From Zygophlyctis sp. KS116 (taxonomy: Eukaryota; Fungi; Chytridiomycota): a DNA stretch of 32,000 nt. The DNA is taken from positions 1 through 32,000 of the forward strand of contig BAAFSQ010000038.1 of NCBI GenBank assembly GCA_054661495.1. The letters run 5' to 3'. Made by a program: the position numbers and the translations under genes. Positions 13,168 through 24,800 of this stretch are shown here, piece after piece. The notes beneath the pieces are model-generated. The model had not been told where the DNA came from. It ran no database searches and saw nothing but the letters and a program-made list of their open reading frames with translations. Positions within the stretch are counted from its first letter, which is position 1. Each line of letters starts with the position of its first letter.

Positions 13168-14239
13168 TTAAGCTACCAAAAGTTTATTGGCAGTTTTCTT
13201 CACATATTGCTTTTCAGCTGGAATACCCAAAGGCGCAGTGTTGAAAATGAGAGTGAGAGGGATTTTGGCAAATATGTGGGATACGAAGTATAAAAACTCC
13301 CCTTGTGCAAAAGAGATAAATTCAAAGCGGACCAACGCATGAACTAATGCAACTAATTTTAAGATCAATGAATTTCTTACAACCATGCCATGAATATGCA
13401 CTAATTGTTTGAGAAAGCTCCATCAACGACTCATTTACGGGACAGTCATTTTCTCCAGTAATTGCCTTCTTATACATATCCCATATCACCTGAACAGCAA
13501 TGCTATGGGTACCATAAGCTAATAAGAGCATCCATTGAGAAACTGGTCCTTTTGTAATGGATCCAATCAATCCAAAGATTGTTAAAAGCCATGAGTTCAA
13601 AACGGCTCGCTCAATCATTGGTGATTCTACTTGAGAAACAAAACCAATAATGCAAGAAAGACTTTCCATATCAAAGAACCATTCAACATATCTGCACAAA
13701 TCTACAGGGTAACCCATTTCATCTCTCAAATATGGCGTCAGTTCAAAGTAATGCATGACATAAACACCCATTACAGCGAAATTCATGAGAGTAGTGGCTT
13801 TGGTAACAGCAGCCTTTGAGGGGTTATTTGATCCTATATAGGAGAACAAACTGAATACGGTAACCAAAAAGAATGTAAAAATTCCAAGTTGGTACACTTG
13901 TGGAGCATATTCTCTTTCAAATCGGAATTTTTTGCCACTTGAAGAATATCCCAAAGCAGCAACTAATGCAGACACAGTAGACCTATTTAGTCAGAAGAAA
14001 ATGAAGTTTACCACAAGAGGAATGTGGTGACTCTGCCTTGAATAAACTTTGAGATCCCTTTCATAGCTCCAGTATTTGCTAATTGTTTAAAGTATAGATC
14101 ACTTACTATTTTCCTGCTCCCGATGTTTAGAGGTCGGACATTCACATTCATCACACTTTGATGTTATCTTTCCTGTCATAAATTCAGCACATTCACAGGA
14201 ATTGCAAGCTCCTCTAAAAACCTTTATATCGTCAATCAT
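13168..14239 (-). CDS. Microbial (type 1) rhodopsin, fungal RhGC/NeoR-like 8-TM module without an enzyme domain, 328 aa
   Basis: Exons 14239-14107, 14078-14012, 13982-13381, 13352-13168 (987 nt; introns 28/29/28 nt). Helix C GYPVDLCRYVEWFFDME; helix F SWHGFALVH; helix G HIFAKIPLTLIFN (K297). An extra TM0 (FLLWSTVSALVAALGY) follows an N-terminal Cys-rich segment. Confidence 0.9.
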
Positions 14240-14343
14240 TTTTATATAAACAAACAAAACAATGGACGTGCTTTAAATAGACATCATCAGTCCGACGTCA
14301 TGGAAGTAAAAAAGATGAATTTATTTTGATCCTATAAAGTAGG

Positions 14344-14932
14344 TTAATCCCAACAACAGCATAAGCAACATCCAGCTAATCTAATGATCTTAGCATTAAT
14401 TAATTCTTACAGACCAAGAATACCGGCAGCCGCAGGATTATTCAATGCTCCAGTATTTGATGATTGCTGTGGATACTGTTGTGAAGAATTTCCCATTTGC
14501 TGTTGATTAGGATCTTGTATTAGAGATTTACATTTACTTACATGGAGAATAAGGTTGACCATACGGCACAACAGATGAAGGTCCACCAGGATATGATGGG
14601 TTATGTCCTGAAGTTCCTTGATCTATTGTTTAGTTTATGAACTAGATACTTTGAGATCCTGGATATCCTGCAGTCACTTGATTTTGACCAGGTGGGGGAC
14701 ATTGACCAGGCGGGGGATACTGTTGTGGAGGGGGGTACTGTTGCGGGGGAGGATACTGTTGCGGGGGAGGATACTGGCCTGGTGGAAAGTATTGTTGTGG
14801 GGGAGGATTTCCTGGATTTCCAGTTGGATTGTCTAAAAGAATAAGATTAAGAGATTTACATGGAGATCCTTTTTGATCCCTTCCAGATTCATTCTTTTCT
14901 TCATCGGGATAAACATATTTCGGAGGGTCCAT
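14344..14932 (-). CDS. Pro/Gln/Tyr-rich CYSTM tail-anchored protein
   Basis: ATG 14932; PPPQQY repeats. Four tiny introns (e.g. 14833-14859, 14381-14410) give the C-terminus GILGLLAGCCLCCCWD*. Confidence 0.88.
14690..14805 (-). repeat. 18-nt coding tandem repeat (PPP[Q/G]Q[Y/C])
   Basis: About 6 units seen directly, e.g. ggatactgttgcgggggag repeated. Confidence 0.9.
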
Positions 14933-14962
14933 CAGTGAGAGATTAGAGCTTCGAATCAACAA

Positions 14963-15025
14963 TGACGTCAAGAAAAAAACGCAAGGGCTAAAACACGCGA
15001 ACAAACGCGAACAAACGCGACACGT
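14963..15025. promoter_or_regulatory. CRE palindrome TGACGTCA plus 3x ACGCGA at 10-bp period in the CYSTM / paralog-1 divergent promoter
   Basis: TGACGTCA 14963-14970; aaacacgcga acaaacgcga acaaacgcga 14991-15020. Confidence 0.6.
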
Positions 15026-15034
15026 TTGAAAGAA

Positions 15035-18000
15035 ATGACCTTTTCTAGTGTGAGTGATGATGCTCTGAAAGACCCAAACACTTGTGTCAACAAAGCAACT
15101 AAGAAATTCACAGCCTTCAGATTTATTGCTGTGCTTGCGATTTTTACGCTTTTTATAGCGGCAATGAATTCATTATACGTATAACATATATAATTTCTAA
15201 CCATAGTATCAACAGATAAAGAATACAATTATGAATATATCATGTAATGCATCATTTTATTTATCGTAGTTGGTTGGAATGATCTATGCTCAGGACATGG
15301 TACAGTTATAAATAGTGACGCTTGTGTCTGTGACTCGGGGTATAATGGTCAATACTGTGATGAAATAGAAAATGGTATGGGTAAGATTGTCATTTTAATT
15401 ATTTAAAGTATTAAATGAAGTTGTTCCGTCGTCAGTTGCAATCTTTACTGATGCTTTTGGAACCCTAAATTCGTTTGATGTACTCTCATTATACTATGAA
15501 TCACTTGCTAAAAACCTACAAAAATCTGGACATGTAATAACAATAGTTTATACTGGCGATTCAAATTCTCAATTTACGAAAATTTCTGCCATGTATGAGA
15601 AGCAAGGAATTAGAGTGATTAAGTAATTAGTTTTATATGACAATAATAGGCTCGAATTTGAACCGACTGTAGAAAAAAAATCAATTTCTGCTTATAATTA
15701 TCTGCGATCATTGAATAGTGGGTTTTCGACAGTTATCTTTTCTAGTTCTTCACATACTGGATTTTATACCCTCAACTCTGTTAATCAGAGACTTTTCAAT
15801 GCAAATACCAAATTTGTTCTGAGTTTAGATGATCTGTCAGAGAAAGATATCGAATCACTGCAAAATTCTGAAAAAAGTCATACTGTAACAGATATTTCTG
15901 TATTGAAGAAGCATTTTATGACCCAAAAATCAATTCAGTTGGCGGTAAGATCTTTTTATATTTATTTTAGAATCAAGTTATATCTCCTACTGAGTCGCTA
16001 ATATCGTTTTATAATGTAAAGGCACCAGCTCAAGTTTTGCATCACGCCTCCTTAATTGAAACTTCTTCAAATATTGCATTTAACAATTTCAAGTCATTCA
16101 AGGAAATAGTTTTTATCGGAGGTAGAAATAACATGGATGGAATTGCTATTTTCTGTGATTCAATCGATGAAATGATCATCACACATTCAGAAGTTTTATT
16201 TGAAAAGAAGATAACTTTCTTTTTGTTTGACAGGGATATAAACGGATTGAGATCTATGGATTATATTGGGTTACGTGCTTCCAGCTGGGAAACAGCAAAT
16301 GTCGAATGGGTTATAAACATCGACCGCGATTACCAGGAAATGGTTCAATATTTTGATAACGCTGACAGCAATCGTATTGCAGTTATACCTGCGATTTTTG
16401 GTGGCGCCGCAATTATTAAGGAGGAGTTCAAGAGTTCTGGAATTCAAATGATAACATTGGAAGATTCGATCGGCTTTGATGCTTTCAACATGAAGCAAGC
16501 ACTTATAAGTCGATTTTTAAAAGAAGGTATTTTAAAAGTGTTATTTAATTTTAGAGACACCTACTAATAATCAAATAACAGACTATTTGCAGCGCTCGAT
16601 AATATTTTGGGATGAATTTGACTCGACAGAGATAAAAACATTACCGGAAGTTAATGCTGATACCCCCCTTGTTTCAGTGATTCTTGTTCATCACAATAGG
16701 CCTGAATTGCTCAAGCAGGCAATTTCTTCCTTGGAAAAGCAGACCTACACCAACTTTGAAGTTGTTCTTGTTGATGATGGAAGTACAGATGCTGCTGCTG
16801 TAGCGTATTTGGACGAGTTATCCTGGAAATGGTGGGAAGAAAAAGGATGGAAAGTCATCCGTGAACCTAACCGATACTTGGGCGCTTCAAGAAATACTGG
16901 TGTCAAACACGCTAACGGAAAGTATGTCTTGTTTATGGATGATGATGATTATGCCAAGCCTCATCAGATCGAGACTTTTGTAAAGGTCGCTTTGGCTACC
17001 AAAGCACCGGTTATGACATCCGGGCATGATGTTTTCAATGGCAGATCTCCTCCATCTGGAAGATCATCTTTGAGATACACTCCTATTGGTGGTGATGTTT
17101 TATCAGGAATGCTAGAAAATGTTTTTGGAGATTCTGCCATGTTTATTGAAAGAGAATACTTTATTGAAAGTGGAGGTTTCACCGAAGAATTTGGCGTTGG
17201 ATTCGAAGATTATGAATACCTGGCAAAAGTTGCACTACGAGGAGATAGAATGGAAGCTATTGCTGAGCCACTCCATTGGTATAGAATTCATCAGGGCACA
17301 ATGAGTGAATCAACGTATTTGAAAGCTAATCAGCTACGTGTTTTGAGGGCATACAGTTCCAACAAATATTCTGCTGATTCAGACCAGAAAAATTTATTGC
17401 TCCATGTTCGTGATACCTTTTTCCAAAAAGGGGAACTATTGAAGCGGGACGATATCAGTTCTTCTTTTTCATCTATATTTTCAAATGCTACTGACACTCA
17501 ATCGTCAGTCAGTCCTGATATTGATATTCCTTTAGTCCCTGAAGTTCCTAGTATTTCATCAACTTCAAGCTCTTCAGCCTTAACTAGTGTACCAACTTTG
17601 GACAAGTTGGACCCCAAATACTTTTTTAAAAGAGCGAAGGTTGTAGGAGTTAAGGTTGAAGGAGTAGTTGAAATCGAACGCCTTATTGTCATCACTGGCA
17701 GCAACTTCGGAAGCGATCCGATTTTGAATATTGAATCAACTAATGGAACAAAAAAATTAAATTTAACCAGTGGCAAGGGTTTTATTGTAAAACCTAATCG
17801 TCTTAACCCATCTCAAAATATCATTGTCATAAATCAAACCGTTTTTGAAAACTACAATGAACATCCAGACAAAGTTTTTCAATCTGATGCTTTTTTAGTG
17901 GATGCCTTTTTCCATGTATATAATACTATTGGAAGGTCTAGAAAAAGTTTGCAGCTCTACTATTCAAATCAAGAGAGTTATAAGACAGCGCAGCTTCAAT

Positions 18001-21000
18001 ATAAATATAACGGAAGCGATTTTTTAGCAAATCTCTGGTTAGAGCGTTTACCAGACACACAAACTCCTCTGTGTCTTTTGAAGGAAGAAACCGATCCTGG
18101 GCTAGGGCAAAATATCATACCAACAATTTACGATCGCCATTCTGGACAGTTGCTGTGTGCACCAGAGCAGAAGTTTTCAGGAAAAATTATTATGGGAATT
18201 TCTGCATCTCCAGTGCTTCATATAGATAATTCGACCCGTGTTAATGACTATTTAGCCATGATATCTCTTAACTCAGATCCTTTCATCTTTCAGTACCAAG
18301 ATTCCCCCCCAACTCTTTTGTCTGCTAAGTTTGACAATTCTGGAGCATTTGTAGCTGTATCTTTTGACAAGAGTATTATAATACGGGGAGAGGGAAAAAA
18401 CCTCCTAAATTGCACAGACTTGTTTATTAATCGCGCGGATCGAAAGTCTCCTAAGCTTTCGGTTTTAAAGGATGATTGCATAATTTCCAGGATTGATTCC
18501 AATACTATCAAACTAACATTTGCCGGTAAATTCTTGGCAGAAAACTCCTTACACGCCTTGAAAGCATTCGACCGTCTCTATCTTAAAAAGTTTATGGTTT
18601 ATAATTACAATAATCCAAAACCATTTACAGGACTAGGAGCTTCTGGATCAGTTATTGTGCAGCCTCTAAATATCGCTCCTGTACCATCGTTAAATCTTCA
18701 AAGTTCTCCTCTTGTCGGAGCATGCTCTGACCTGGTCCTCTTTTTCTCGGCAATGTCAGGCTCTGGAGGCAGACCTTTTATTTCAGTTTCAATTTCTGTT
18801 ACGCCAATGTTAGGCGGATATCTTGCTGTGTCAAGTGCAATCGAGCTAGAAAAAATACTCAATACTCAATCCAATGATATCTTGCTGGGCAAAATTTCAA
18901 AAATTGTTGTTGCTTCAGAAACCTTGTTAGAAACGAATGGCGGAAAAGGCTTTCATCCTGGAAAATATAATGTCTCGGTCACTCTGGTAAATGTTTGGGG
19001 AAAAATTGGAACAAGAAGCTACTCGTTCACTTTCATTCAAGACAAGACTTTACCAAATGTCTTATTTACAGGTCCAGGCGAGACAGGGGCTGATTCTCGC
19101 AAAGATAACTCAATATTTGCACAGATAACAATGAGCTCATCCGCAGCATGTTCTTCTATGCCGAAGCCGTCTTATAAATTCTCCTGGGTACTTTCTGGTT
19201 CTTTGAACCAGCCAATAACTTCAAAAGGTTCTTCCCTTTTAATTAAGCCATTTTCACTACAGCCTAGCGCTTCTTACTCAGCTTCTCTAGAGATTTTCGT
19301 ATATTTACCAGATGAAGTTAAAAATTACACATATAGTTATGATTTCGCTACTATGCAAGATTATTTCACTACTTCTTTAGGGAGCGATAAACAAATCGGT
19401 GTTTCTCAAAGCTTCAATTTGATTCCAGAAGTACGAAATGAATATTATAAGAAAATTAATTATACTATGTTCACCTTTACTTGGGCTTGTAACACGGCTG
19501 GCTCACCATGCCAAGATTCTAACGGCGCAAACTTGGTTTTGGATCAATTTGTTCAGAAGAATACGTTGCAGGGATATCCTTTCTTAAGAATTCCTGCAGA
19601 AAAGTTAAGCGTAGGAAAGTATGTCTTTCAGGTTAATGCGATCAATGAAATAACAAATACTGTCGGAAACCCTCAGTCTTCATCGATCGAGGTAGTGGAT
19701 AGAAAGGTTCCTGATGTCTTAATAACATCTAATGATATTCGACCTTCAACACAAAATCAGAGGTTTGAGATAAAGGCCTCAGTAGTACGCGAATCTGTTT
19801 CTAAAATAATTAATGTGGTATTTTTTTGGGCTAGTGAGCCCTCATGTGGTTCAAAAATATATCATGTAGCTTCTATGGATGATTCGGATCTCGTTACTTC
19901 AAGAAATTCATCCGTTCTCAAGTTCAAACGTAATGTCTTATCTCCCGGTTCATCATATTGTTTATCTTTAAACGTCACGGATAAGGCTACCCAGGCCTCT
20001 TCTATGTCCTTCTTTATTTTCTCAATGCGTAACCGTCCTTCTAGTGGCTTTTGTACTGCTGATAACAATGTAGATAATGTGATTAAACTGACGTCGTTCG
20101 TCGATGATTTATCATTCAATTGCGGATCTTGGATAACAGACGAAGAGTCATATCCTTTACTATATACCTTTGAACTCCAGAAAAAAGGATCGCTTAAGTG
20201 GGTAACAATTTCACGTAGCAGTCCTGATCCATCAATTCAAATGGCTATGACTGAAGGCGAATATACGGTCAGAGCGATAATTTCAGATTCATCGGGATCA
20301 AGTGCTAATAGTCCTGTTTCTTATCAAGTTAATGTTACACAACTAGATTTTGCCTCCTTTGGTTTGCGTAAAAGGAGCATATCAGATGTTTATTTCAAAT
20401 TCTTAGGAGGGTGGTTAGCTAATAAGTCAGAAATTTTCCAAAACACACAGAACATTAATGGAATTAGTTCAGCATTAAGTACAATATCTACACTATCATT
20501 TGATGCGGTGACTAATGCTTATCATCAAACTCTGCAAAGAATTGTGTTTGAAGCTACAAAATCTATGATTGATTCCGGTCTTTTGATAATGAATGAAGAT
20601 TCTGTCAGTTTCTTCGCCTCACAGATTCAGTTGTTCACTGGCACAAAATGTCTCATTCCGTTGGAAAATAGAGAACTTTCTTTAGATTTGCTGCAAGTCA
20701 TTCTTGAAGACGCGGATTCTACCACTTACGATATGCAGGAATCTCTTAAATCGGAAACTTTAGATAAAATTGTCGGGACTCTCACCAATCTCACATGCAC
20801 ATCAAGAGCTAATCTATTCGAAAATTTGCTTTCCAAGAGTAACACTTTAATTCAAAAGGTTGCTGCTATTTCGCTTCGTAGAGCTGGTTGTGGAGAGGTT
20901 GCTTATGACAGTAGTTACAGTGATCTTGCGATTCAAATAGGAAAGGGGGTCTCCTCAGAATATCTTGAATCTGAAGAAAGACAAGTCGGTAGTTTCACGG

Positions 21001-21689
21001 TAAAAATTGCAAATGAGCTTCTGGACTCATGCCCGTCATATATAACCGGCAAAAAAGGTGCCGAGGGTCTAAGAACGATAACAAAAAAGATAATTGATGA
21101 GTCTATTTATCAAATGTCTTATTTAAATGACTCAGGCAGCCCAAAATCATTGACAGGAGGAAATTCAGAAGTCAAATTTGAGATCTCCTCATCAAATGTT
21201 ACTCTGCTTGAATTGTATAATCCTGAATGTTCTTTTGTTAAATATCAAAATGACAAAGAAGATATCACAACCGCAGAATTGTCACAAGAAGGATGTATAA
21301 CAACTGGTATAGACATAAAAGGTAGTAAAATTACATGTATTTGTAATCACTTATCAGATTTTCTCATATCATTTTCTCCTCGTTATGTCAATGTATCAAG
21401 CCCAACTGCATCACCGAGTCCCGAGGGAACTGGCAATAATAACAACAATACAATTATCGCTGCAGCAGTTGGTGGAAGTATTGGTGCTATTCTTATTATT
21501 GGTGCTGCACTATATGTCGGATTGAAGGTTCTACCCAAACGATCAAAGTATTCACCAGGAGCAGAGAGTGAACCTCCTAGAAATGATCAGGTTATGATTG
21601 GTATTCCTTCACCCTCAAACGAAGCTCCATCTGATAATGATAAGAAGGAATTTTCTTCAGTGGATGTCAAAAATGCAGATTTCTCTTAA
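15035..21689 (+). CDS. Giant TM-EGF-GT-B(degenerate)-GT2-REJ-GAIN/GPS-TM protein, paralog 1 (~2163 aa)
   Basis: ATG 15035. Introns 15179-15206, 15244-15269, 15381-15408, 15623-15649, 15945-15970 and 16527-16554 give one open frame of 6492 nt. Signal anchor FIAVLAIFTLFIAAM; EGF CSGHG..CVCDSGYNGQYC; GT2 VLVDDGS, FMDDDD, GFEDYE; REJ-like F.WAC, PSSGFC..CGSW..YPLLYTF; GPS CSF..EGC..CICNHLSDF; C-terminal TM IIAAAVGGSIGAILIIGAALYVGL. Confidence 0.88.
16663..17314 (+). repeat. 652-bp block identical to 23403-24054 (GT2 catalytic domain)
   Basis: Line-by-line comparison at offset 6740 shows no mismatch from cccccctt gtttcagtg to atgagtgaatcaac. Confidence 0.95.
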
Positions 21690-21749
21690 AATTTTGGGTA
21701 AAATGATAAATAAAAAAACTTTATATCTTCAATCACTTGCAAGGATCCA

Positions 21750-21798
21750 TTACGTCATTATTAGCAAATCACGAATCGCGTATAATTCAAGACGCGTC
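21750..21798. promoter_or_regulatory. CRE-like TTACGTCA, TCGCGT and MCB ACGCGT upstream of paralog 2
   Basis: ttacgtca 21750-21757; tcgcgt 21776-21781; gacgcgtc 21791-21798; ATG at 21815. Confidence 0.55.
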
Positions 21799-21814
21799 CA
21801 AAGCTTCATTTAAA

Positions 21815-24800
21815 ATGAAGGAGAATGAGATTGGCGGCGAAAAGCAGCCATTACTTTCTGTTGATAAATGTGAATTAACAACGAAAGGCCGATCTAAGAA
21901 GATCACAACTCTATTATATATTATATTTATATTTGTCACCCTAGCCACGACTATCATATTATACCCACTTAAAAATGTAATCATCCATGTTTTTAATTAT
22001 TTAGACATTGCTAGCTTCTTATTATGAGCAGCGTAAGTTGATTTTATTGTTAATAAGTTAAGAGTCATGTTCCTCTAATGGAATTCTGCTGAATGATAAT
22101 TCATGCTTGTGCGATCTTGGATATACTGGTAAAAGTTGTGATCAACTTATTTCATCTGAAATGCCAAAAGATAAAACTATTGCTCTCTTTGTAGATGCAT
22201 TTGGGGATATAAATTCAAATTCGCCACTATCTCTCGGATATGAAGCTTTAGCTCTTCAATTATCACACGAGGGCTACGATGTGACTGTTGTCTACACAGG
22301 CATTAATACCAATGCATTTAGTGCAGTTGCCTCAAAATTTCTGGAGAAAAAGATTTCTCTTCAAAGGTACGTCAAGATACCATGATGAATTTTAGACTGC
22401 CAGAGTCAGGTGTCGAATTCCCCGAAAATATTTTAGAAAGAAGATCATTTGATGCATTTAAATTTCTTCAGAAAAATGATTTTTCAATTATTTATTTCAC
22501 TAGCAGTGCTGGAATAGGATATTATAGTATAAACTCTCATCAACAGGGACTGCTTGCGCCAAATTCAAAGTTTATTCTAGGAATGGATACTCTTCCATTA
22601 GCTTCTCGATTAAAAATTGAAAGTGATGTTGATGATTATCTAGTTATAGATATTCTTGCCTTGAAAGAAAAATTCATGATTGAAAAATCAATTGAAAATT
22701 CTGTAAGACAATTTCATTAATCTTCTCAGGATGCAGTTGTTACATTTAGAAAAAATTCGTTCAAACAACTCACTGCTGATGGTTTTGAGATTAAGGATTT
22801 TCAAAAGAAATTTTCTTTGCAAGAATTTCCATCCAGTGATTTTTTAGACTTCAAAAAAACTACCTTTAAGGCAAAAGAACTTGTTTTCATAGGAGAAATT
22901 TCAATTACCGGCGGAATCAAAGATTTTTGTGATGCTATTGATTCTATTCTTCAGTCTGGAATTGAATCTCCTTTTAAAATCACATTTATTGGTGGATTAG
23001 GAACTATTAATGGCCTCGATTCAAAGGAATATATACAATTGAGATCTTTAAAATGGGATTCACAAAATATTGAATGGGGTATTAAAGATGACATAAGCGT
23101 AAGAAATGCATTGAATTATGTTGGTACTGATGAGAGTGGTAGATTAGCGATCATACCCTCCCTTTCTGATTTCAGTTCAGTTGTTAAATCTAATTTTGAT
23201 GCCTTTGGTGCTCCATATGTTGAAAACAATCTTATTCAAAAAATTACTGATTCTTTAAATAAAGGAGGTAAAAAAATTAAACACTAAAATGTAGTTCGTT
23301 TTTCTAGTCAAACTAAGTTGGATCGATCTGTAAAATGGCCCGTATACCTGGAAAACATTTTTCGTAAAAGCGTACTCGTAGATGAGTTGATGATGAATAC
23401 TTCCCCCCTTGTTTCAGTGATTCTTGTTCATCACAATAGGCCTGAATTGCTCAAGCAGGCAATTTCTTCCTTGGAAAAGCAGACCTACACCAACTTTGAA
23501 GTTGTTCTTGTTGATGATGGAAGTACAGATGCTGCTGCTGTAGCGTATTTGGACGAGTTATCCTGGAAATGGTGGGAAGAAAAAGGATGGAAAGTCATCC
23601 GTGAACCTAACCGATACTTGGGCGCTTCAAGAAATACTGGTGTCAAACACGCTAACGGAAAGTATGTCTTGTTTATGGATGATGATGATTATGCCAAGCC
23701 TCATCAGATCGAGACTTTTGTAAAGGTCGCTTTGGCTACCAAAGCACCGGTTATGACATCCGGGCATGATGTTTTCAATGGCAGATCTCCTCCATCTGGA
23801 AGATCATCTTTGAGATACACTCCTATTGGTGGTGATGTTTTATCAGGAATGCTAGAAAATGTTTTTGGAGATTCTGCCATGTTTATTGAAAGAGAATACT
23901 TTATTGAAAGTGGAGGTTTCACCGAAGAATTTGGCGTTGGATTCGAAGATTATGAATACCTGGCAAAAGTTGCACTACGAGGAGATAGAATGGAAGCTAT
24001 TGCTGAGCCACTCCATTGGTATAGAATTCATCAGGGCACAATGAGTGAATCAACTCAATTGAAAGCTAATCAATTAAGAATGTTAAGATCTTACGTTGAA
24101 CATAACTGGATTTCAAATAATTATGCTAAACGGCTTTTAATGTTTGTTCAAAAGAAGTTTTTCGAAGAAAATGGCAATGAACCTTTTAAGAGAGATTTAG
24201 GATTTCTTAATGGTGATTTGGGCTTGCTTGTCAGCCTTGGATCTAATTCAACTGTTCCAGGTTCATTTCTGTTTGATGCCCCGGTTACACTGGCGAGTTG
24301 TAATGGTGATGCTTGTCCTAAAGTTGGATTACTGAATCCGAAGGTACTCGCCAATTATGAAAATACCACTTTCCTAATGGTTGGTCCAAAGTTGATAGAC
24401 GCAAAGTTTGAATTAGAGGATGTCGGCGAAGTTAAAGTTTCGCTGAAGAAACGAATTGATTCACAAGATTATATCCAACTTTTCTTGCCAAAAATTCGTT
24501 TTACATCATTGACCAAGACTTTTAGGCTACTTGTAACTGAAAATGGTGCTGCTACACTCAGAAAACGAAGCACAGCACCGTCTTCCAATGGTCATTCGAT
24601 ACCTGTCTCGAACAATCCTGCCGCGACAACAAACGATAGCAAAGTCGTAGTTGAAAATGTTCCTGCAGTTGTCGATATCAAGGATTCCTCTATTCCGTTC
24701 TATAGTGGAAGTATAACTCTATACAATCCAGAGATTACAAAAGTCGTTCTAACTGAATTTCAAGAAAAGATATTTATCAATAATGAAATCCAAATCAAGT

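Noticed and set aside
14618-15228. ORFs 14618-14836 (+), 14968-15228 (-) and the 14933-15004 extension
   Set aside because: Antisense to, or non-ATG extensions of, the CYSTM and paralog-1 genes
16663-24054. 652-bp direct repeats as LTRs or a transposon
   Set aside because: The repeats are in-frame GT2 coding sequence with no TG..CA ends, target-site duplication, or transposase/RT between them
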